From positions 288,001 to 352,000 of the forward strand of contig JAWLHJ010000001.1 of assembly GCA_041690395.1 (NCBI GenBank): 64,000 nucleotides of DNA, given 5' to 3'. Below the pieces are notes generated by a model. It was not told where the DNA came from, did not search any database, and saw only the letters and a list, made by a program, of their open reading frames with translations. The translations under genes were made by a program, and so were the position numbers. The DNA is from Longimicrobiales bacterium. Its GTDB lineage: Bacteria; Gemmatimonadota; Gemmatimonadetes; Longimicrobiales; Gaopeijiaceae. Positions 18,711-28,223 of the stretch are shown piece by piece. How positions within the stretch are numbered: the stretch's first letter is position 1; each line of letters starts with the position of its first letter.

Positions 18711-18967
18711 TGCATTCGATGCGCAGCCTGCCCGTGATCGCGGTCGCCGCCGCGCTCGTGCTCCTGGCGATCTTCCCCGACGCAGCGCACGCATGCCCCG
18801 TCTGCTTCGATTCGCGTGACGAGAACCGTCAGGCCTTCCTGGTCACCACGGTCTTCCTGTCGCTCTTCCCGCTCGGCATGGTGGCGGGGGTCGGCCTCTG
18901 GGTGCGGAAGCGGTCGAAGGAGCTCGACGAGCAGGACGCGTCGGCCTCGCGTACGGACGCGGAGTAG
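18710..18967 (+). CDS. small exported/membrane protein with CPVC immediately after the signal peptide
   Basis: TGATG overlap; signal ...AAHA|CPVCF; one further TM helix. Confidence 0.75.
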   Translation: MHSMRSLPVIAVAAALVLLAIFPDAAHACPVCFDSRDENRQAFLVTTVFLSLFPLGMVAGVGLWVRKRSKELDEQDASASRTDAE

Positions 18968-18988
18968 GACTCTTCCCTCGCGGGTTGA

Positions 18989-19395
18989 GGGCGGCGGGGC
19001 GGCGCACTCGCTCTCCGCTCTGGGGTCGTTTCCCCACACTTCTCCGCCCCCCTCCGCGACCAACGCCGCTCCGAGCGAGTGCGCCACCCCACCGCCCACG
19101 ATCGGGCGGGGGTCCGAGGAATCCGTTCCGCCCAGCCCGGTTCGATGCTCCGCGGGCGGGCCGACCGCTGACGTGGCCCAGTGCCTGCTCGAGGCTTCGG
19201 AGTCCGGCCGAGGCGCCCTGCCTCCGAGGCCCCTTCGCGGAACGAGCCGCCATTGGGTGGACGGCGGAATGCTCGAGGGGCTGGTGGGCGGGGCGTCCGC
19301 GCAGAGCGCCGTTGGTCGCCGGTGGTGGGGAGGGGCGGAGGCGGAAAAGCGACCCCAGAGCGGAGCGCGGATGCCCCGCCCCCCCGCCCCCACAC
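18989..19395. repeat. imperfect ~410-bp inverted-repeat element (two inverted hairpin units; REP/MITE-like)
   Basis: CTCCGCTCTGGGGTCG (19013-19028) is the exact reverse complement of 19350-19365. Each arm also folds on itself (18989-19013 with 19073-19097; about 19286-19302 with 19365-19381). Confidence 0.7.
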
Positions 19396-19405
19396 CAGAA
19401 AGCCC

Positions 19406-20698
19406 TCAGCCCACCCGCCGCCGCTTGTTCCGCAGGAAATCCATCATGATATACTGCCCCAACGTCATCGTCGTCGTGAAATAGGCTTTCCCACGCGCGA
19501 TCTCGGACACCTTCTGGACGAACTGCACCAGGTAGGGGTCCTGCGCGAGCATGAACGTGTTGATCAGGATCCCCGCCTTCCGGCACGCTCCCACTTCCTG
19601 GAACGTCCGCTTCAGGATCGCCGGGTCGAGACCTCCCGAGTTCGTGTAGACCCGCCCGTCGGGCAGGGTCATCGCGCTCGGCTTCCCGTCGGTGATCATG
19701 ATGATCTGGCGCATGTCCTTCTTCTGCGCCGCGAGGATCCGGCGCGCGATCTCCAGGCCTTCGGCGGTGTTCGTGTGGTATGGACCGACCTGCGCCTTCG
19801 CCAGCTGCGAGAGCGGGATCTCCTCGGCGCGGTCCCCGAACGTGACGACACTCAAGGAGTCGCCCGGGAACTGTGTGCGGATCATGTGCGACAGCGCCAG
19901 CGCCACCCGCTTGGCCGGCGCGAAGCGGTCCTCCCCGTAGAGCACCATGGAGTGCGAGATGTCGAGCATGAGCACGGTCGCGCACGACGAACGGTACTCG
20001 GACTGGTGCACCATGAGGTCGCCGTAGTCGAGGTCGAGCGGCACGTCGAGACCTTCGCGCTCGATGGCGTTCTTGAGCGTGGCGGGAATGTCGAGGTTCA
20101 TCGTGTCGCCGAACTCATAGGGCCGTGACGCGGCCTCGGCCTCGATGCCCGTGGAAAGATGCGGCGTGTCGTGCTGTCCCGCGTTCGACTTGCCGAGCGC
20201 CGACATGAGGTCCTTCAGCGAGCGGTGCCCCAGGAAGTCCATCCCCTTGCGGGTGAGGCTGAACTCGACGCTCTGGGCGGCCTGCTTCGCTTCGTCGACC
20301 TGGCCCTGACCGGTGACGTCGTACGTCTGGCCGGGCATCTGCGGGTTGCCGGTCTCGAGGTTGATGTAGCCCTCCTCGACCATCCGCTGCACGAGTTGGT
20401 CGAGCAGCTCGGCGATCTCCTTCTGGACGTCGGCGTCGCCTTCGCCTTCCCCGCGAAGCTCGTCGATCATCTCGGGGGTGAGCTGCCCACTCTCCAGCAA
20501 AGCCTTCAACAGCGCGTTCTTCAGCGCGTCGGTCGAGCTGGTGTCCTCCGTACCGGACCAGCCCCAGAACGGGTGGAAGTTCGGCCCACCCGCGAAGCCA
20601 CCGTCCATGAGGAAGTCGGACAGGTGTTCGAGCAGAGACTCGAGGTTCAGGGCGTCGAGCCAGCGGCCCTTGTACTTGGAATACGTCGTGAAGCGCAT
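19406..20698 (-). CDS. VWA (MIDAS) domain protein, partner type of chelatase-like AAA+ ATPases
   Basis: [29 protein letters not shown] and ITDGKPS motifs. Confidence 0.9.
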   Translation of the reverse strand: MRFTTYSKYKGRWLDALNLESLLEHLSDFLMDGGFAGGPNFHPFWGWSGTEDTSSTDALKNALLKALLESGQLTPEMIDELRGEGEGDADVQKEIAELLDQLVQRMVEEGYINLETGNPQMPGQTYDVTGQGQVDEAKQAAQSVEFSLTRKGMDFLGHRSLKDLMSALGKSNAGQHDTPHLSTGIEAEAASRPYEFGDTMNLDIPATLKNAIEREGLDVPLDLDYGDLMVHQSEYRSSCATVLMLDISHSMVLYGEDRFAPAKRVALALSHMIRTQFPGDSLSVVTFGDRAEEIPLSQLAKAQVGPYHTNTAEGLEIARRILAAQKKDMRQIIMITDGKPSAMTLPDGRVYTNSGGLDPAILKRTFQEVGACRKAGILINTFMLAQDPYLVQFVQKVSEIARGKAYFTTTMTLGQYIMMDFLRNKRRRVG

Positions 20699-20732
20699 GA
20701 CACCATGCTACGTCTGGAGATACCTTGCCGCC

Positions 20733-21794
20733 ATGAATCCCGATCTCGACCGCCTGCGAGCGGACCTGCTCTCATTCTACGACGGCCGACGGCGTGATCT
20801 GCCCTGGCGCGGGGAGTCCGACCCGTATCGGATCCTCGTGTCGGAGGTGATGCTGCAGCAGACGCGGGTCGACACCGTGATGGGGTACTACGAACCCTGG
20901 CTTGAGCGGTTCCCGGACGTGCGGGCGCTGGCGGTCGCCGACGAGGCGGATGTGCTCAAGGCATGGGAGGGGCTGGGATACTACCGACGGGCCCGGAACC
21001 TCCATGCTGCGGCGAAGGAGGTGCGGGAGCGGTTCGGGGGCCGCGTTCCGTCGACCGCGGAGCGGCTCCGGGAGCTACCCGGAGTCGGGGAGTACACCGC
21101 CGGCGCCGTCGCCAGCATCGCTTTCGACGAGGCCGTGCCGGCCGTCGACGGAAACGTGCGTCGGGTGCTCGCCCGCTGGCACGACGAGCCGAGTCCTTCC
21201 GCGCGTTGGCTGCGTGATACCGCCGGAGCATTGGTCGACGCCGACCGTCCGGGCGATTGGAACCAGGCGCTCATGGAGCTCGGTGCGACGGTCTGCACGC
21301 CGAGAGGGGCACGGTGCGACGCCTGCCCGGTGGCCTGGGTCTGCGCGGCGCGCGCCGCCGGCACGGTCGACGACCGTCCAGCGAGCGCGAGGAAGCAGAC
21401 TCCCAGGCAGGCCGTCTTCGCGCTCGCCGTCCTCAAGGCTCCGGACGGTGCGGTGCTCCTGGAACGGCGTCCCACGGGTGGGCTGCTGGGCGGGATGTGG
21501 GCGTTTCCCGAGCGGGAGGTCGCGGGAAGGGAGGACACGAGTGCCGTGGCCACGGAGGTAGCGTCGGACCTCGTGGGTAACGGTGAGCTGACGAAGCCTC
21601 GACCCCTGCCCCTGGTCCGTCATCGCTTCACCCACATCGACGCCACCTACGCGCCGTGGCTGTTCGAGCTCGAGCCGACCGAACCCTCGGCCGACTGGGT
21701 CGACGCTGGAGAGCTTCGCTGGGCGGGTGCCGGCGAGCGGGAGGCCATGGCCCTGCCGGTGGCCCAGCGTGCCGTGCTGGAGAGCGTGCCGTGA
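20733..21794 (+). CDS. mutY: A/G-specific adenine DNA glycosylase
   Basis: RRDLPWR, VSEVMLQQT, WEGLGYY, HhH-GPD LPGVGEYTA...VDGN, FeS motif C-x6-C-x2-C-x5-C, C-terminal NUDIX-like GLLGGMWAFP. Confidence 0.96.
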   Translation: MNPDLDRLRADLLSFYDGRRRDLPWRGESDPYRILVSEVMLQQTRVDTVMGYYEPWLERFPDVRALAVADEADVLKAWEGLGYYRRARNLHAAAKEVRERFGGRVPSTAERLRELPGVGEYTAGAVASIAFDEAVPAVDGNVRRVLARWHDEPSPSARWLRDTAGALVDADRPGDWNQALMELGATVCTPRGARCDACPVAWVCAARAAGTVDDRPASARKQTPRQAVFALAVLKAPDGAVLLERRPTGGLLGGMWAFPEREVAGREDTSAVATEVASDLVGNGELTKPRPLPLVRHRFTHIDATYAPWLFELEPTEPSADWVDAGELRWAGAGEREAMALPVAQRAVLESVP

Positions 21795-23593
21795 GCCCTC
21801 CCCCCATCACCCCCGACATGCTGATCACGATCGCGATCACCGTGGCGGCCATCGCCCTGTTCGTGTGGGACCGCCTTCCCATAGAGGTGGTCGGGCTGAT
21901 CGTGATGGTGGCCCTCATGTTGACCGGGGTCGTGACTCCGGCCGAGGGCGTGAGCGGCTTCGCGAGCGAAGCCATTCTGACCATCGCGGCGATGTTCGTG
22001 CTGTCTGCCGCGCTAGTGCGCACGGGTGGCGTGGACGTGCTGGGACGGTGGATCTCCAAGCTGTCGGGTGACAGCGGCTTCAGGTTGCTCCTCGTCTCGC
22101 TGGCGGTCGTCGTGCCGGCGAGCGCGTTCGTGAACAACACGCCGGTCGTGGTCGTTATGGTTCCCGTGCTGCTCGGTCTCGCCCACGCACGTGACATCCC
22201 CGCGTCCCGGCTCCTCATGCCGGTGTCCTTCGCAAGTCAGATGGGGGGCACTCTGACGCTGATCGGCACCAGCACGAACCTGCTGGTGGCCGGACTCGTG
22301 CTAGACCTGGGGCTGCCTCGTATCCGACTCTTCGACGTGACCGCTCCCGCGCTCGTCCTCACGGTGATCGGGTTGGTCTACCTTCTCACCCTGGGCCGCA
22401 GGCTCGTGCCGGATCGCGACGGCGAGCACGACATGGACGCGCGCTACGAGCTCGGCGAGTATCTCTCCGGACTCGAAGTCGGCCCGGACTCGATGCTCGT
22501 GGGCCAGACCCTGGCCGAGAGTGATCTCCGCCGCAAGCACGACCTCGACGTCCTCGCGATCGAGCGAGGAGACGAGCGCATCCTGCTCCCGGAGAGCGTT
22601 CAAGTCATCGAGGAGGGCGATCGGCTGGTCGTACGAGGGAGAATCGCGCGGATCGACGACGCCCAGGAGAGCGTGGGTCTCCAGATATCGGGGACCGGAC
22701 CGCACCTCTCGTCGAGTGACCTGGAAGAAGACGAGGGCCCGGCCCACTACAGCGAGGTGCTCGTGCCGCCGAGGTCGAGGGTCGTCGGGCACTCGCTCGA
22801 GGAGCTGCGCTTCAGAGGCACGTACGGCGTGCCGGTCGTCGGAATCCGGCGGCACGGCGCAGCCGTCCACGAGCCGATGCGAACCGTGACGCTCCAGGCG
22901 GGTGACATCCTCCTCGTTCGTGCGACGTCCGAGGATCTCCGCCGGATTCGGGCGACCGGAGATCTCGCGTTGCTCGGACCCCTGGACCTGCCGCCCCGTC
23001 GGAAGCGGAAGCTTCCCGTCGCGGCGATGATCATGGCTGCCGTCATCCTGTCGGCGGCGGTCGGCCTCACCACGATCTTGGTGGCGGCGATGGCCGGTGT
23101 CGTGGTGGCCTTCGTGTCCGGATGCCTCACGCCCGAGGAAGCCTACGAGGACGTGGATTGGCAGCCGCTCGTGCTGCTCGGCTCTCTCCTACCCCTGGGG
23201 ATCGCGATGCAGGACACCGGGGCAGCCGAGCTGGCGACCATCCACTTCCTGGATCTCACGCGTGGGCTCGGACCGCACGGGGTCCTGGTCGCGTTCTACG
23301 TGCTGGTGACACTGCTGACGGCCATCGTCAGCAACGCCGCCACCGCCGTGGTCGTCACGCCGCTCGCGGTGGCACTGGGGGCAAGCCTCGCCGTGTCGCC
23401 GATGCCCTTCGTCATCGCCGTCATCCTCGCGGCGTCCAACAGCTTCATCACGCCTGTCGGGTACCAGACCAACACCTTCATCTACGGACCCGGCGGCTAC
23501 CGCTTCTCGGACTTCACCCTCGTGGGCGGGCCGCTCACGGTCCTCTTCGCCGTCGCCGCCGGCTTCGTGATCCCCGTCTTCTTCCCGTTCTGA
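21791..23593 (+). CDS. SLC13/CitMHS-like permease with two TrkA-C domains
   Basis: SAFVNNT, GGTLTLIGTSTNL and TPVGYQTN..IYGPGGYRFSDF motifs; central soluble TrkA-C repeats; GTGA overlap with mutY. Confidence 0.92.
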   Translation: MSPPPITPDMLITIAITVAAIALFVWDRLPIEVVGLIVMVALMLTGVVTPAEGVSGFASEAILTIAAMFVLSAALVRTGGVDVLGRWISKLSGDSGFRLLLVSLAVVVPASAFVNNTPVVVVMVPVLLGLAHARDIPASRLLMPVSFASQMGGTLTLIGTSTNLLVAGLVLDLGLPRIRLFDVTAPALVLTVIGLVYLLTLGRRLVPDRDGEHDMDARYELGEYLSGLEVGPDSMLVGQTLAESDLRRKHDLDVLAIERGDERILLPESVQVIEEGDRLVVRGRIARIDDAQESVGLQISGTGPHLSSSDLEEDEGPAHYSEVLVPPRSRVVGHSLEELRFRGTYGVPVVGIRRHGAAVHEPMRTVTLQAGDILLVRATSEDLRRIRATGDLALLGPLDLPPRRKRKLPVAAMIMAAVILSAAVGLTTILVAAMAGVVVAFVSGCLTPEEAYEDVDWQPLVLLGSLLPLGIAMQDTGAAELATIHFLDLTRGLGPHGVLVAFYVLVTLLTAIVSNAATAVVVTPLAVALGASLAVSPMPFVIAVILAASNSFITPVGYQTNTFIYGPGGYRFSDFTLVGGPLTVLFAVAAGFVIPVFFPF

Positions 23594-23648
23594 GGTCCGG
23601 CGCCCGGCTCGGGACGGGCCGGCCCGGCACGCGCCGACCCGCCCACCC

Positions 23649-24884
23649 TCACGGCTGTCCGAACAGTCCCGGCGCCGCGCGGACGGACGCTACGATCCCC
23701 GCGTGGTCGGAGGGCCAGAGCCCCCCGGCCGCTATCCGGTCGCTCGCGTCGTCCACCACGATCTCGACCGACACGCTCCCGGGCACGAGCCCGCTCCGCG
23801 ACGGGTTTCCCGCGCCCCGCAGAAGCACGAAGTCGATCCGCTCCATGAGGGTCGAGGTCTCGTTTCTGAGGTCCGGGCTCTGGCAACAGGTGTACCCCGG
23901 ATCGCCGGCCGGCTGACCGGACTGTTCCCATGCGTCCGTGAATCCGGCCGCGATCAGATCGTCGTAGGTCGGCGTCCACGATGGCGCGCCGGGGTTGGCC
24001 GCATCCGAGTTGAGGTCGCCGGCCACGACCGTCAGGCCGTCGAGGTCTGCCGTCACCCGCCCGATCAGCTCGTCCGCCTGGGCGGCCTGCACTGGCGCGA
24101 GGCCCTGCACTTCGAGGTGGGTCGTGACGAAGTGCCGAGGAACGCCGTCGATGTTCGTCCGCACCCGGATCCACCCCCGCTCGAGCGTGAGCGGCCCGAG
24201 GTCGTAGGCCGCCTCGAACCCGTCCTGGTGCACGGCCTCGACCGGGACGTCGGTGCGGCGGAGCACCGCGATGCGATCGGTGAACTGGAGGATCCGGGTC
24301 ACCCGCGCCGCTTCCGGATCCACGGCGAGGGGTAGGCCGCCCGCCTGCCCGGTGGTCGTCGCCTCCTGGACTGCGACGACCTCGTACGGGAGCCCGTGCC
24401 GCGCGATCGCGTCCTCCATGATCGTGAGCAGGTCGACGGACGCCGTGACGGTCGGCGTGCCCGTGGCGAGATCGACGACGGTGAAGCGGAAGACCTCCTG
24501 GAGTCCGACGAGGTGCGGTCGGTGCGCGGAAATGCGCGCCACCACGGCTTCGATCCGTGCTTCGGGGTCGCTGGCGGTCACCTGTTGCCAGAACCGGTTG
24601 GTGGCCTCGATCACGGCCGGAACGTTTCCGAAGTCGAGCGACAGGAGCGGCCCGGTATCTCCCCCCAGGTAGAGGTTCTGGGAGTAGACGGTGAACTCTG
24701 GGCCATGCGTGCCGACTCGGTCGAGCGCCGGGTCGGGCTCGGTTCCGGGTCCGAGCGCTCCCGGCGCGTCGGCACAGCCGGCGGTGAGGCTCACGGCGAC
24801 GAGGGACGCGAGCCCGGCGCGACGCGGAAGGCTGGAACGTCGCAGAGCGGGGCGGTGACGTGTGTCGATGGTCTTGGCGTACAT
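23649..24884 (-). CDS. endonuclease/exonuclease/phosphatase (EEP) family lipoprotein
   Basis: Lipobox TAGC; SQNL, GLQEV, TTHLE, AGDLNS, RIDFV and PSDHAG motifs. Confidence 0.9.
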   Translation of the reverse strand: MYAKTIDTRHRPALRRSSLPRRAGLASLVAVSLTAGCADAPGALGPGTEPDPALDRVGTHGPEFTVYSQNLYLGGDTGPLLSLDFGNVPAVIEATNRFWQQVTASDPEARIEAVVARISAHRPHLVGLQEVFRFTVVDLATGTPTVTASVDLLTIMEDAIARHGLPYEVVAVQEATTTGQAGGLPLAVDPEAARVTRILQFTDRIAVLRRTDVPVEAVHQDGFEAAYDLGPLTLERGWIRVRTNIDGVPRHFVTTHLEVQGLAPVQAAQADELIGRVTADLDGLTVVAGDLNSDAANPGAPSWTPTYDDLIAAGFTDAWEQSGQPAGDPGYTCCQSPDLRNETSTLMERIDFVLLRGAGNPSRSGLVPGSVSVEIVVDDASDRIAAGGLWPSDHAGIVASVRAAPGLFGQP

Positions 24885-24960
24885 GCGGCACTCCCGTGTC
24901 CAGGGTTGCGGTGCTCTTGCACCGTGCCCGGAACGTTGCCACGCGTCGTCACGGCATGCG

Positions 24961-24978
24961 GTACGCGTGACCGCGTAC
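24961..24978. promoter_or_regulatory. 7-4-7 palindrome GTACGCG-TGAC-CGCGTAC upstream of the EEP gene (candidate LuxR-HTH operator)
   Basis: Perfect inverted repeat; related palindrome at 28174-28191. Confidence 0.45.
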
Positions 24979-24992
24979 GGGCTGCCGGGCTG

Positions 24993-27900
24993 TTACGTAG
25001 CACCGATCCCTCCGTCGCCGCGGCCGTCCGCTTCCGGCGGGGGCAACCGTCCCTCGCGAACCATGTCTGCGAGCTCGTGGCGGTTCCGGATGTCGAGCTT
25101 GCGGTAGATACGGGTGAGATGGGTCGTCGCCGTCCGCTCCTTCATGCTGAGCTCCTTCGCGATGGCCTTGTTGCTCATCCGGCTCGCCACGCAGAGCGCG
25201 ACCTCCCACTCGCGCGGAGTGAGGTCCGCCGATCCCGGGCGTGGCCGGATGGGCGGCGGGGAAAGACCCTGCTCCCGGAACATGTCCCGCGTCGCCTCGA
25301 ACTCGGGCTGGGCGCCCAGTCGATGGAACATGACGTGGACCCGCCGCAGCTCGGCTTCCGCTTCGTCCTTGCGACCGGCATCGTAGAGGCGGCCGGCGAG
25401 TTGTCTCCGGATCCGGGCCGCGTCGTAGAGGAGCGGGATCTCCTCCAGCGACTCGGCGCCGGCCCTGAGCATCTCGATGGCCGGCCCCAACTCCTCGCCG
25501 GACAGCCAGATGACGAGGGCCTCGCAGGCGTTGCCCCAAGCCGCGGCGAGCCGGTGCCCGATGCGGGCTCCTTCGGCGCGCATCCTGGCTCCTGCCTTCC
25601 GTGCCCTCTCGAGGTCCCGCCGCCGGAGGTGGGCTTCCGCCAGGAGTGGCAACAGGAAGTGGAGGGTCCAGAACACGTATCCGGCCCGGTCCGCCAGCTC
25701 GATGCCGGCCTCTCCCACGTCCACCGCTTCGTCCCAGCGTCCTTCGGCGACGAGGCAGGCGGTCCGGCCGATATGCGCCGGCACGCCGACGTGCACGTCG
25801 CCCCGGTCGCCGGGCGCGCCGTCGAGCCCCGCCTGTGTCCAGGCCCGGTCGGCCAGCTTGCGCGCGCGGGCGCCGTCGCCCCTCCCGAGATAGACCATCG
25901 AAGTCCAGACGAGAAGTCGCGGCAGCAGTCCCGACTGACTCAGGTTCGTCGCGAGCCGGATGGCGCTCTCGCCCCGGGCGAGGGCGCCGTCCCAATCGCC
26001 CGTCGCGTACGCGTACTCGATCTCCAACTCCGCGGTCCAGAGCTTGAGCACCGGCGACCGCAACTCCTCGGCGACGTGCAGGGCCTGTCCCATCAGCCCC
26101 TTCATCTCTCCGGTGTTGCCCGTCAGCCCCTCGAGGGAGGCCAGGGCCCAACGCCCCCAGAATCGGACGTAGGGATCCCCGGCCCGATCGGCCAGCTCGA
26201 TGGCCTGCCATCCGTGCCGGCGGGCCTCGTCGGCCTCGCCGATCCAGGTGAAGAGGAGCGCGAGCGCCCGGTGTGCCCGCCCGAGCAGCATAGGGTCGTC
26301 CAGGTCGCTCGCTCGCTCCAGGCTCTCCTCGATGCACGCACGCGCTTCGTCCGCCCGTCCGACCTCCTGGAGGGCGACGCCCCGCGCGAGCAGGACGCGC
26401 GCTTCGAGGGCGCGTGCGACGTCCGGCTCCTCCGATGCGCCCCGGAGCGCGTCCAGGGCGGCATCGTACTCGGTGATGGCGGTCTCGTGGTGACCGCTCC
26501 AGAACGCGACGAGGCCCAGGTGTCTGAGCGCATTGGCGGCGGACATGCGACGCCCGCTGCGCTCGGCCTCCGCGAGGAGCTCCCGCCACAAGGCCGCGGC
26601 CTCGTCGTGCCTGCCGAGTCGGGCCAGCCCCCGGGCGAGGTGCTCCTGGATCTCCGAGCGCGGGACGCACTCGGCCCCGGGGGCCGACGCGGTCCCCGGG
26701 GCCGGGTACCGGGCCAGCGCGGTCGAGAGGTATGCGACGCCCTCACGGTCCGCGTGCCGCCGGAGGGCCGAGCGGCCCGCGTCGGCCAGGTAGCGCACGG
26801 CCTTCGGGTCGGCGGTCGCTTCTCCGCCTCGTTCGAAGTGGTAGGCGAGCTGGTCGACGGGCGGATGCGACCCTTCGTAGGCGCGCTCGAGGCCCTCGGC
26901 CAACGTGCGGTGGAGGAGCCGTCGGCGCGACGGGCCGAGGTCCTGGTAGAGCGTCTCCCGCAGCATCGGGTGCCGAAAGTCGAGGAAGATGTCGCGGTCG
27001 TCCTCGGACTCGTCGACGATGGACTGCGCCGTGAGTTCCGCGACCGCGGCCGTCACCCCCTCGGTGTCCAGGTCCGCCACGGCCTCGACGAGTCGGAGCG
27101 CGGCCCTGCCGCCGCTGACCGCGACCACCTCCGCGACGCACCGGGCGTCCGGGGACAGCGCGCGGAGGCGCAGGAGCAGCGCGTCGCGGACGGAGCCGGG
27201 GAGGTCGAGGCGCTCGACGTCCCACCCGAGCCAGGTGCCGTCCCGGCGGTAGAGCCGTCCGGAGTCGACCAACGCCTTGAGGGTCTCCTCCAGGAAGTAC
27301 GGGTTGCCGTGCGTCCACTGGAACAGGTGCGCCGCGAAGTCCTTGAGCGGCGAGCCCCTGACCTGGAAGACCTCGTGCAGGAGCTCCTCGGTGGCCTCGA
27401 GCGACAGGGGTGGAAGCCGGTGGCGGGCGAGCACGTTGAGCGAGCTGAGCGAGCGCTCGAAGCGGTCCAACGCCTCGAGCCCCTGCCCGTATCCGCGAGA
27501 CGCCGTGGCGAGTATCCGGATCGGCTCACCCTGCAGCTGACGCGTGAGGAAGTGCAGGAGCGACAGCGAGGAGGCGTCGGCCCAGTGCAGATCTTCGGCG
27601 ACGATGAGGATCGGCGCCCTCTCGGACAGTCGCTTCACGAACTCGGTGAAGCTCCAGAACAGCCGGGTCTTCGACTCGCCCGGGTCCCAGCCCTCGTCGC
27701 CCGGCGCCTCCGACCGCCCGAGGGCCGGAAAGAGCTGGCGGATGTCTCCCGACGTGCCGCGGGTCAGGACCGTCAGCGCGCCTTCGTCGAAGCCGCGCAG
27801 GATGGGCAGGAACGCATCGGCGATGAGGCTGTACGGCATGCCCGACTCGACCGGGTAGGCCCGGCCTTCCGCGACCGTCCAGTCGCGCCGCGCGGCTTCG

Positions 27901-28082
27901 GCGGCCAGCGCGCGGGACATCCGGGTCTTCCCGACGCCGGGGTCGCCGGTCATCAGGATCATGGGCTCGACCCGACTCTCGTGGCCGAAGAGGGTGTGGA
28001 GACGTGCGAGCTCATCTCGCCGACCGACCAGGGGAAGCTCCCTGGGCAGGTCACCGCCAGCCGCGTCCAGGTACGTACCCAT
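24993..28082 (-). CDS. large STAND ATPase-TPR-LuxR HTH transcriptional regulator (LAL/MalT-like)
   Basis: LVGRRDEL, Walker A GDPGVGKT, Walker B EDLHWAD, GNPYF, FRHPMLRE, TPR-like helices, C-terminal LTPREWEV...NKAIAKEL...HLTRIYRKL; GGAGG RBS before ATG at 28082. Confidence 0.93.
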   Translation of the reverse strand: MGTYLDAAGGDLPRELPLVGRRDELARLHTLFGHESRVEPMILMTGDPGVGKTRMSRALAAEAARRDWTVAEGRAYPVESGMPYSLIADAFLPILRGFDEGALTVLTRGTSGDIRQLFPALGRSEAPGDEGWDPGESKTRLFWSFTEFVKRLSERAPILIVAEDLHWADASSLSLLHFLTRQLQGEPIRILATASRGYGQGLEALDRFERSLSSLNVLARHRLPPLSLEATEELLHEVFQVRGSPLKDFAAHLFQWTHGNPYFLEETLKALVDSGRLYRRDGTWLGWDVERLDLPGSVRDALLLRLRALSPDARCVAEVVAVSGGRAALRLVEAVADLDTEGVTAAVAELTAQSIVDESEDDRDIFLDFRHPMLRETLYQDLGPSRRRLLHRTLAEGLERAYEGSHPPVDQLAYHFERGGEATADPKAVRYLADAGRSALRRHADREGVAYLSTALARYPAPGTASAPGAECVPRSEIQEHLARGLARLGRHDEAAALWRELLAEAERSGRRMSAANALRHLGLVAFWSGHHETAITEYDAALDALRGASEEPDVARALEARVLLARGVALQEVGRADEARACIEESLERASDLDDPMLLGRAHRALALLFTWIGEADEARRHGWQAIELADRAGDPYVRFWGRWALASLEGLTGNTGEMKGLMGQALHVAEELRSPVLKLWTAELEIEYAYATGDWDGALARGESAIRLATNLSQSGLLPRLLVWTSMVYLGRGDGARARKLADRAWTQAGLDGAPGDRGDVHVGVPAHIGRTACLVAEGRWDEAVDVGEAGIELADRAGYVFWTLHFLLPLLAEAHLRRRDLERARKAGARMRAEGARIGHRLAAAWGNACEALVIWLSGEELGPAIEMLRAGAESLEEIPLLYDAARIRRQLAGRLYDAGRKDEAEAELRRVHVMFHRLGAQPEFEATRDMFREQGLSPPPIRPRPGSADLTPREWEVALCVASRMSNKAIAKELSMKERTATTHLTRIYRKLDIRNRHELADMVREGRLPPPEADGRGDGGIGAT

Positions 28083-28173
28083 GCTGTCACCTCCCGGGAG
28101 GGGGTCCACGAGTGGCCCGGGGTCGATCAGGCCAAGGTAGGACCACCATACCGGTGTGACGAGGGTGCCCGGG

Positions 28174-28191
28174 CTACGTACGTATACGTAG
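28174..28191. promoter_or_regulatory. 7-4-7 palindrome CTACGTA-CGTA-TACGTAG upstream of the LuxR-STAND gene
   Basis: Perfect inverted repeat 92-109 bp upstream of the start codon. Confidence 0.45.
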
Positions 28192-28223
28192 TCGGCGGGC
28201 CGCTGGGTCGTACGCGTGACCCG

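Noticed and set aside
18677..19484. Several Pro/Arg/Gly-rich ORFs across the inverted-repeat region
   Set aside because: Low-complexity translations of a GC-rich palindrome; no start signals or motifs.
24993..28082. STAND ATPase as an anti-phage (Avs-like) system
   Set aside because: C-terminal LuxR HTH and no nuclease or other effector domain; fits a transcriptional regulator.
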